Assembly (NCBI GenBank): GCA_038046645.1
Contig: JBBSVU010000006.1
Span: forward strand, 23,404-87,403
Reading direction: 5' to 3'
DNA: 64,000 bases
Origin: an archaeon
Lineage (GTDB): Archaea; Iainarchaeota; Iainarchaeia; Iainarchaeales; 0-14-0-20-34-12
Shown here: piece by piece, positions 56,690 through 64,000 of the stretch
Position numbering within the stretch: position 1 is the stretch's first letter
Layout of the letters: each line of letters opens with the position of its first letter
Position numbers and translations under genes: made by a program
The notes under the pieces: generated by a model
Database searches by the model: none
The model's input: only the letters and a program-made list of their open reading frames with translations
What the model was told of the DNA's origin: nothing

Positions 56690-58075
56690 TTACCAATCTA
56701 AAAAATCCTCCCTGTTTTTCAGGAAAGCAGTCAGGAAAGAGGCAAATTCACAATCTTTTTTGTAAATAGGCAAAATATCCTTTTCCTCGACAACCCTTGC
56801 TTTTTTGATTGTTTTATTTAAAGGGTCCTTTACTAAAATCTTCTTGATTTCGGCCTTTAAGAAGCCTTTAGCATTCCAGAATTTCCTTTCTTTTTCAATT
56901 ACCCAGCGCCCATTTTCAATAATAGGCCCGGAAATAATCTTTTTGTGGGATTTTAAGAAAATAGCAGCATTTTTTGCATCTGCTATCTCTGGCCCTAAAT
57001 GTTTTTTTACCCGTTCAATCTCAAGTGATTCAAACTCAAATGCATGAACAATAGCATTTTTTTCATCGGTCCATTCCCCGCTGGATTTCACAATAAAATC
57101 ATTTAGTTTAAGTTGGGTTTCGAGTTTTTTAGTGAGATTTTTTATCTGGCCATAAATTACGTCGCTAATAGCTTTCTTTGGATAGGGCATTTTCAGTATT
57201 AAAATTTCTTTCTCCTTGAACATTTTTTTTATTTTGGCAAGAGGCCAGCCTTTTTTCTTCTTCGGAAAGAAGAATTTCTCATTAGGTTTTTCCAGGAATT
57301 TCCTGCAGGCAGCAATAAACCTTGCAAATTGGTTATAACTTACTGCAGCAGCAACATTCCTGTTCTTGTCAGTAGGGTCTACCAAATTTAAATGATGGTT
57401 AAATTTCTTTTTTGCTTCACTTGGCTCAGAATAATATTTTTCAATATCAATTACCTCGCCATTCTTCCAAACAGCGGAAGCCTTTACACAATCAAAAAAA
57501 GAACCGTAATGCAGGATAAGCAATTCAACCGCATAACCAGGCATTGAATTTACCTTTAATTTAGCGCCATAACAGTCAATGCCCTTAAGAAAAGCCCTTA
57601 GCAGCCTTACCTCATCCTTTTGTTTTTCAGTTAATCTCTCCAATAAATATTTTTGGTGCAAAGGGCTTCTGTCAACCGCACTTTGCATTAATGAAGCATC
57701 CTCTACTTTATAGGAAGGCACTATTTCAATTGCAAAATTATCCACATATCCGCGAACATAAGGATGTTCAGAATAACACTCCTCCCATTTCTTGCCTTTA
57801 AAAATAGTTCTGCCAATCCTTAATCCTTCTTTCTCAAATTCTTCACGGTTCATTTTTTTCGGAAATAGCACAAAAATATCCAAATCCTTGTCTCCGCCGA
57901 TATCCGTGTCACGGGCAGAGGAACCGCAATGCATTACCTCAATATGTTTTCCTTCAAGGCCCTTTATTTTTTTAATTATTTTATCAACTAACTTTTTTTC
58001 AACATCTTTCTCCTTTTTAGAAGGCCTTATCCTTTTTATAATTTTTTCAAGCATTGGCCTGATGTTTTTTACCAT
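56690..58075 (-). CDS. cca: Archaeal (class I) CCA-adding enzyme
   Basis: GSSARDT...DLDIF, EHPY, SAVDRSPLH, DPTDKNRNVAAA. Confidence 0.95.
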   Translation of the reverse strand: MVKNIRPMLEKIIKRIRPSKKEKDVEKKLVDKIIKKIKGLEGKHIEVMHCGSSARDTDIGGDKDLDIFVLFPKKMNREEFEKEGLRIGRTIFKGKKWEECYSEHPYVRGYVDNFAIEIVPSYKVEDASLMQSAVDRSPLHQKYLLERLTEKQKDEVRLLRAFLKGIDCYGAKLKVNSMPGYAVELLILHYGSFFDCVKASAVWKNGEVIDIEKYYSEPSEAKKKFNHHLNLVDPTDKNRNVAAAVSYNQFARFIAACRKFLEKPNEKFFFPKKKKGWPLAKIKKMFKEKEILILKMPYPKKAISDVIYGQIKNLTKKLETQLKLNDFIVKSSGEWTDEKNAIVHAFEFESLEIERVKKHLGPEIADAKNAAIFLKSHKKIISGPIIENGRWVIEKERKFWNAKGFLKAEIKKILVKDPLNKTIKKARVVEEKDILPIYKKDCEFASFLTAFLKNREDFLDW

Positions 58076-58134
58076 ATTCTTCCATTATCTTAATGCGTAA
58101 ACATTAAATAATTCTTTCTACTTATAATAAACAA

Positions 58135-59667
58135 ATGCCTGCCTCAGATAATGCACAAAGGTTGCTTGAATCAACAAAAAATTTCAATTTGTTTCAGGGA
58201 TTTCCCTATAACTTATACAGTTATGAACAGCCTTTTTCAGAAGAAGAACAAAGGCTTATTGCTTATTTTAGCAGGTTTCTCTCAAGAAAACTTGTATTAT
58301 CTGAGTTAAAAACAAAAGTTCCTGAGGTAGCTAAAGGCAATTTCTTAGAAGAATTGCAGACAGACCTTATTCAGCATATTGAGGTTGAACAATTAGTTCA
58401 AAGATTGCCAACTGAAGAAGAATTTAATGAACTAAAAGAACTGCTGGCAAAGATGCTTGCAAATAATTTCAAAAACATAAAAGATATTAATGCGGTTGCA
58501 GAAGCTATTCTGGATAAATCAATAGGTTTTGGGGTTTTGTCAGAGCTTAAAAGGGATCCAAGCCTCGAAGAAATTATGGTTAATGGGAATAATCAATCAG
58601 TCTTTGTTTTTCACAGGAAGCATGGAATGTGCAAAACGAATATTACAATAAGCAAGGATCAGCTTGAGCTTTTAATAAACAGGATTGCATTTTCTGTAAA
58701 TAAAAGATTGGATGAAAATAGCCCTTTGTTGGATGCCAGGTTGCCTGATGGTGACAGGGCAAATGCAACATATTCATCAGTAACGCCCTTGGGATTTACC
58801 CTAACAATCAGAAAATTCAGCAATGTGCCCTATTCTATAATTGACCTTATTTCAAGTAGAACCTTGAGTTTAGCGAGTGCTGCTTTTTTGTGGATAATGG
58901 TGGAAGGTTTAAAATTGGATCCGATGAACCTTATTGTTACTGGCGGTGCAGGCTCAGGAAAAACAACCCTAGTGAATACTTTAGTGAGTTTTATTCCTTA
59001 TAACAATAGGCTTATTACTCTGGAAGATACACTTGAGCTTGATTTAGGTAGCAGGGAAAATTCAGTGCGTTTGGAATCTGTCACAAAAGCGCCAATGGAA
59101 GATTTGCTTGTAAATTCCTTGAGGATGAGGCCCGACAGGATAATTGTTGGAGAGGTAAGAGGCCCAGAAGCGCAGACATTATTTACTGCTATGGATACAG
59201 GCCATAAAGGAATTTTAGGAACATTTCATTCTAATTCATCTAAAGAAATGCTTTCAAGGCTAAAGACAGCGCCAATGAATGTCCCTGAAAGCCTTCTGCC
59301 ATTGCTTGATTTAAGCATAGTTATGGTGAAGATGCACGATAGGAATAAGGGAGTGATACGAAGGGTAAAGGAGATTGCAGAGATAAGCCGCATGGAGGAT
59401 AAGGTATTGCTTAGTAATGTGTATGAATGGAATAAGAATACTGATTCAGTTGATAGGTCTGACGTGCCATCCCATTTGCTAGAAGTGCTTGCAGAACGGA
59501 GTTTTATGAGTAAAAAGCAGATAAAGGATGAGTTATTGATAAGGCTGCATATCCTGCAATGGATGCTTGAAAGAGGAATAAGGGAGCATCACGAAGTTGA
59601 AAAAAGAGTGCAGCAATATTATTCAGAACCAGAGGTTTTGCTGAAAGAAGTAGCAAAAAGTTACTGA
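58135..59667 (+). CDS. Type II/IV secretion / pilus assembly ATPase (CpaF/FlaI family)
   Basis: DARLPDGDR, TIRKF, GGAGSGKTT, LEDTLEL, LRMRPDRIIVGEVRG, TGH. Confidence 0.93.
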   Translation: MPASDNAQRLLESTKNFNLFQGFPYNLYSYEQPFSEEEQRLIAYFSRFLSRKLVLSELKTKVPEVAKGNFLEELQTDLIQHIEVEQLVQRLPTEEEFNELKELLAKMLANNFKNIKDINAVAEAILDKSIGFGVLSELKRDPSLEEIMVNGNNQSVFVFHRKHGMCKTNITISKDQLELLINRIAFSVNKRLDENSPLLDARLPDGDRANATYSSVTPLGFTLTIRKFSNVPYSIIDLISSRTLSLASAAFLWIMVEGLKLDPMNLIVTGGAGSGKTTLVNTLVSFIPYNNRLITLEDTLELDLGSRENSVRLESVTKAPMEDLLVNSLRMRPDRIIVGEVRGPEAQTLFTAMDTGHKGILGTFHSNSSKEMLSRLKTAPMNVPESLLPLLDLSIVMVKMHDRNKGVIRRVKEIAEISRMEDKVLLSNVYEWNKNTDSVDRSDVPSHLLEVLAERSFMSKKQIKDELLIRLHILQWMLERGIREHHEVEKRVQQYYSEPEVLLKEVAKSY

Positions 59668-59694
59668 TTTTTCCAAATTATTTTCGGTTATTGC

Positions 59695-60231
59695 CTACTC
59701 TAATTCAATCCTGTGCAGTACTTTATAAATTGGGCCATTTTTCTCAAGGGCAGATTCCATTACATCAACACTCTTTGCCAAAAAAATTTCCTCGGTTTTG
59801 ATTTTGTTAAGCTCATTGGCCAATTCCCGAAATTCCCCTAATTTTAAAAATTTATTTCTTGCAATTGTTATATGGCTTGTGAATTCTTCTTTATTCAAAT
59901 CAAGGATATTCTCAATATCTTTTGAAATCTCTCCCAATATTTCTTTTCCCTCATTAATCCCAATCCATAAAATTCTTGTTTTGAAAAAGCCTATATTAGA
60001 AATTTTAATCCTAAATTTCTGAAACTTCCTAAGTGCATTTAGTTTTTTATATAATTCGGGCAGCGTCTCCTCAGGCATGTACCCCAGAAACTTCATCGTA
60101 ATATGGAGATTTTCTTTTTTTACCGCTTTTACTTTATCCTTAGGCAATTTTTCAATTAGTCCATTAAGCGATTCCTTTATTTCTTCAGGCAGGTTTACAG
60201 CAATAAAGATTCTTTTCATGCTATTTGGCAT
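59695..60231 (-). CDS. thpR: RNA 2',3'-cyclic phosphodiesterase (2H family)
   Basis: RIFIAV, LHITMKFLG, SHITIAR. Confidence 0.92.
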   Translation of the reverse strand: MPNSMKRIFIAVNLPEEIKESLNGLIEKLPKDKVKAVKKENLHITMKFLGYMPEETLPELYKKLNALRKFQKFRIKISNIGFFKTRILWIGINEGKEILGEISKDIENILDLNKEEFTSHITIARNKFLKLGEFRELANELNKIKTEEIFLAKSVDVMESALEKNGPIYKVLHRIELE

Positions 60232-60259
60232 TATATCAAACCTGTTTTTATCAGTAACA

Positions 60260-60895
60260 TTATTTCAGCTTTTTTCTTGCTTCCCCTTCCAATCGGATAA
60301 GCATTTCTTCATTAATTTTCATTTTCCTATTTGCTTCTTTTAAGGTATCTTCTATATATGCCTTATCAATAAGCAGCTTGTCATTATCCTTAACTAAGAA
60401 AGATATCTCTTGGGTGCCCATGAATTCTACAATATATTTGCCCTCTTTTGCTACAATTATCCCGCCTCTTTTTACCCCGGATAATTTCATGACTTCGAGT
60501 ATTTTTTTTGCATATTCCAGATTTTTGCACCCAATGTGCAAGATAAAAGGCTCTAATTTGAACCATATTTTGCCTTTAGTGCCTTCAATTATCCCATTCC
60601 ATAATTCACCAAATGGCACAACATCGTGCCATTTTTTGTGGAAATGGCAATTTCTTTTGTCCCTTTCATTTCCCTCAATCCTTAATAGAATTATTCTGCC
60701 CGAACAGCATGATGAGGTAAAATAATTTTTTGTGGAAGCAATATATTTGCAGAATTCAATCAGTTTTTCATCCATTCTGCCTTTTTCTAAAGCATCTTCA
60801 AATGTTTTATGATGCCTTTCCTTTACCATCTTAAATCTATTTTCTTCTAGGTTTTTCGTCAGTGAGCTTTTCATGCTTTTTTCAGAAATTTTCAT
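60260..60895 (-). CDS. taw3: tRNA wybutosine-synthesis methyltransferase Taw3/Tyw3
   Basis: YFTSSCCSGRI, KWH, PFILHIGC. Confidence 0.9.
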   Translation of the reverse strand: MKISEKSMKSSLTKNLEENRFKMVKERHHKTFEDALEKGRMDEKLIEFCKYIASTKNYFTSSCCSGRIILLRIEGNERDKRNCHFHKKWHDVVPFGELWNGIIEGTKGKIWFKLEPFILHIGCKNLEYAKKILEVMKLSGVKRGGIIVAKEGKYIVEFMGTQEISFLVKDNDKLLIDKAYIEDTLKEANRKMKINEEMLIRLEGEARKKLK

Positions 60896-61533
60896 CAGAA
60901 TTTCAGCCTCTTGCAGGAAATGTTCTTTTTATCATCAATTTCAACCAGAGAAGCAGTTCCATCCTTTAGTGCGCCGACATTTATGCTTGTTGTTTCCTTA
61001 ATTTTCTCTTCATTTGCGGATTCATGCGCATGCCCGCACAAATGCAAAAATGGTTTTTTGCTTTCAATTATTTCCCTTACCGCTTTGCTTCCGATGTGTT
61101 TCCCATTTACATTATCTAGCAGGGAATTTATTGGCGGCAAATGTGTTACCAAAATTGTTTTATTGTCTACGAGCTTTGCTAAATCCCTTTTTACCTTTTC
61201 TTCCATGTTTAAAATAACGCCGACATTTCCCAGCAAACCGCCGCCATACCCAACAAAATTAAAGCCATTCAATTTTATTTTTTTGTTGTGCAAAGAAATA
61301 CTTCGCGTATCTAGCAAAGTTGCAATTTCATTCAAATCAAGGTTTCCAGGGATAGCCAATACCCTAGTAAAGCTTAATTTGTCAAGGATTCTTTCTGCAT
61401 AATCCTTTGGCCCATAGTTAGTTATATCGCCACAGATAATAATAAGGTCAATATCCTTTTTGGCAATGTTCCAAAGAAGTTTGTCTACAAGGGGGATTTC
61501 ATTATGTATATCACTAAGTGCTAATATTTTCAT
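60895..61533 (-). CDS. Calcineurin-like metallophosphoesterase
   Basis: SDIH, CGDIT, PGNLD, THLPP, CGHAHE. Confidence 0.9.
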   Translation of the reverse strand: MKILALSDIHNEIPLVDKLLWNIAKKDIDLIIICGDITNYGPKDYAERILDKLSFTRVLAIPGNLDLNEIATLLDTRSISLHNKKIKLNGFNFVGYGGGLLGNVGVILNMEEKVKRDLAKLVDNKTILVTHLPPINSLLDNVNGKHIGSKAVREIIESKKPFLHLCGHAHESANEEKIKETTSINVGALKDGTASLVEIDDKKNISCKRLKF

Positions 61534-61617
61534 TATCTTTGCCCTTAATACATATTTATAAAAATAATATCTATTACTTATACTGTAAGATTATCTTTAT
61601 ATTAACAGAGGGGGATC

Positions 61618-62391
61618 ATGTATAAAAAATTGTTTTTGTTAGCACTGATTGCGCTTATTCCAGCAACATTTGCAGAGGTTAAAATTCTTGAACCAATAGT
61701 TAAGCAGGTTAGCCTAGGGGAAACAGTTCTTCTTGGAAGCGCCCAGCCAGGCGAATCAGTCTACTTTGTTGTTTCAAAGCAGTATGCAAACGGCAGTTGG
61801 GAATCAATAACTATTGATGACAAGACATTGCCGATTTTCTGGAATTATTCAATTGAGGAATTTGACAAGAGTTTTACTATAACTTTAATTATCCCAAAAA
61901 GTTCGGATTCAAAAACCCAGAATATCAGGTTTGTTGCAAAGAATAAATTAGTTGAAGATACCTTTAATATCCAAATTATAGTTACTAACACTTTATTAAA
62001 ATGCGGAATTTCATCATTTAACAAAACAATATCAGTCGGGGAAAAAACCACCTTTGCCTTGAAGTGTGTCAATGACAGCATTGCAGAACATGCAATTAGC
62101 GTAAAGAGCAATCTCCCAACCCATTGGTTCAAGCACATGGCTCTTGTAATAAAGCCAAATTCAACAGAAGAATATGCTTTAGAAGTAGCGCCATATGGCT
62201 ATGGCAAATATGATTTCCGTTTTGATGTAAGTTCAGGGCTTAATGACAATTCAGACAGCTTTGAAGTACGCCTTACTGTGAATCCGACAATGAAAGGAAA
62301 ATATTTTGCATCAGTTACAGGTTTGCCCATAACTGTGCCGTCAATAATCACCTTTTACCTTATTGATGCCATTCTTTCATTTATTTCATAA
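61618..62391 (+). CDS. Secreted/anchored beta-rich hypothetical protein
   Basis: Signal peptide and C-terminal hydrophobic segment. Confidence 0.75.
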   Translation: MYKKLFLLALIALIPATFAEVKILEPIVKQVSLGETVLLGSAQPGESVYFVVSKQYANGSWESITIDDKTLPIFWNYSIEEFDKSFTITLIIPKSSDSKTQNIRFVAKNKLVEDTFNIQIIVTNTLLKCGISSFNKTISVGEKTTFALKCVNDSIAEHAISVKSNLPTHWFKHMALVIKPNSTEEYALEVAPYGYGKYDFRFDVSSGLNDNSDSFEVRLTVNPTMKGKYFASVTGLPITVPSIITFYLIDAILSFIS

Positions 62392-62436
62392 TGGATGCTT
62401 GGCATTCATTATTTTTTTCTTGTTCCAGGCATCTTT

Positions 62437-64000
62437 ATGGAAAAAAAATTAAATATTAAAGCATATGCAAAAAAAATTACCGAGCTTATAAGCAATGGCA
62501 AAATAACTAATTCAGATAATTTGCAGAAAGCCAAATTAGATTTAGCTTCAGATTTTGGCATTTCAGACCTGCCAACAAATGGCGATATCCTTTCAAGCAT
62601 AAAAAATCCATCAGAGGAAGTGCATGAATTGCTCACAAAAAAGAAAACAAGGTCAATCTCAGGCATTGTCCCTGTTGCAATAATGGTCAAGCCGCATAAA
62701 TGCCCTGGAAAATGCATTTATTGCCCTAATTCCCTTGTTGATTCAGAAACACCTAAAAGTTACACAGGCAGGGAGCCTGCAACAATGCGCGCTTTGCAGA
62801 ATGATTTTGACGCATATTTGCAGACTAAAAATAGGATAGAGCAGCTTGAATTGATTGGGCATGCGGCAGAAAAAATCCAATTAATTGTAATGGGCGGGAC
62901 ATTTTTATCAACAAGCAAAAAATACCAGGCAGACTTTGTGAAAAATGCTTTGAATGCAATTACCGAAAAAAATTGCAGAACTTTTGATTGTGCAAAAAAA
63001 GCAGCTGAAACATCGAAGCGAAGGGTAATTGGCATTACTTATGAAACAAGGCCGGATTATTGCACCAAGCTTGATGTAAATCACATGCTTGAGTTAGCTG
63101 GAACACATTGTGAAATTGGTGTGCAGATTCTCAATGATAAAATATATGAAAAAATAAGGCGCGGGCATAAGGTAAAGGATGTAATTGATGCAACAAGAAA
63201 CCTTAAGGATGCAGGCTTTAAAGTAACTTATCATACTATGCCAGGATTGCCATTCACAACGCCAGAAGAAGATTTTGAGTCTTATGAAAGAATGTTTTCA
63301 GATGTTGACTTCAAACCAGATATGCTAAAGATATATCCTTGTTTGGTTGTAAAAAGTTCAAAATTGTACAAGCTGCACAAGCAAGGAAAGTACAAGCCAT
63401 TAGATACTAAGGAAGCGGCAGATTTTATTGCAGAGATAAAAAGCAGGCTGCCAAAATATGTTAGAATAATGAGAATTCAAAGGGATATACCTGCTTTTTT
63501 GATTGAAGCTGGAGTAAAAGCAGGCAATCTCAGGCAAATTATTCATGATACCCTGAAAGAAAAAAATAGAAAATGCAATTGCATACGCTGCAGGGAAGTC
63601 GGATTAAATTCAATAACTAGTGCAGATTCTTCTAACGCCAATGCAGATTCTTCTAACTTGGATTTTAATAATCTGAAACTAAATGTACAGACTTATGAAG
63701 CGAGTGGAGGAATAGAATCTTTTATCTCTTTTGAAAAGAATGACCTTTTGTATGGTTTTTGCAGGTTGAGGATTCCTGAGGATTCTTTCAGGAAGGAGAT
63801 AAAAGATAAGGCAGCAATTATACGGGAATTAAGGGTTTTTGGAGAATCTCTCCCTTTGGGCATTTCTAATGATAAAGCATTGCAGCACAAGGGGTTGGGT
63901 TCTGCATTAATCAAGGAAGCAGAGCATTTAGCTTTAGATGTTTTTGACCGAAGGAAAATGGTTGTAATCTCCGGTTTAGGGGTAAAGCAATATTATTCAA
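62437..64000 (+). CDS. elp3: Elp3 tRNA U34 carboxymethyltransferase (radical SAM + GNAT), 3'-truncated by window; not in ORF track
   Basis: RSISGIVPVAIM..PHKCPGKCIYCP, MGGTF, ETRPD, KIYP, RIQRDIP, IRCRE, QHKGLG, ISGLGVK. Confidence 0.95.
   Translation, partial: MEKKLNIKAYAKKITELISNGKITNSDNLQKAKLDLASDFGISDLPTNGDILSSIKNPSEEVHELLTKKKTRSISGIVPVAIMVKPHKCPGKCIYCPNSLVDSETPKSYTGREPATMRALQNDFDAYLQTKNRIEQLELIGHAAEKIQLIVMGGTFLSTSKKYQADFVKNALNAITEKNCRTFDCAKKAAETSKRRVIGITYETRPDYCTKLDVNHMLELAGTHCEIGVQILNDKIYEKIRRGHKVKDVIDATRNLKDAGFKVTYHTMPGLPFTTPEEDFESYERMFSDVDFKPDMLKIYPCLVVKSSKLYKLHKQGKYKPLDTKEAADFIAEIKSRLPKYVRIMRIQRDIPAFLIEAGVKAGNLRQIIHDTLKEKNRKCNCIRCREVGLNSITSADSSNANADSSNLDFNNLKLNVQTYEASGGIESFISFEKNDLLYGFCRLRIPEDSFRKEIKDKAAIIRELRVFGESLPLGISNDKALQHKGLGSALIKEAEHLALDVFDRRKMVVISGLGVKQYYS

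Noticed and set aside
60895..61533. Mre11 candidate
   Set aside because: Only 212 aa, with no capping domain; motifs fit a small Icc-like phosphoesterase.

Overview
AT-rich archaeal chromosomal segment. The housekeeping genes are archaeal types (RadA, RPA, DnaG, Hjc, SRP54/FtsY/7S RNA, eS19-eL39-eL31-aIF6-prefoldin cluster, Rpo6, CCA enzyme, Elp3, GGGP synthase). The style suggests a DPANN lineage such as Iainarchaeota/Diapherotrites; that assignment is inference. Five tRNAs are present, four with introns (Val has two). Two signals stand out. (1) A 19-bp motif, TTCAGGGGAAATCTACTCT, occurs five times at a fixed distance upstream of the TATA box of radA, nurA, herA, a PolB2-like polymerase and a LAGLIDADG endonuclease, which looks like a DNA-damage regulon with an ORB-like operator. 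(2) A dispersed set of Arg-rich orphan genes with basic/Pro-rich N-termini includes two proteins with bacterial sigma-70-like regions and three degenerate kinase-like proteins. All protein calls come from visual motif recognition; no searches were run.
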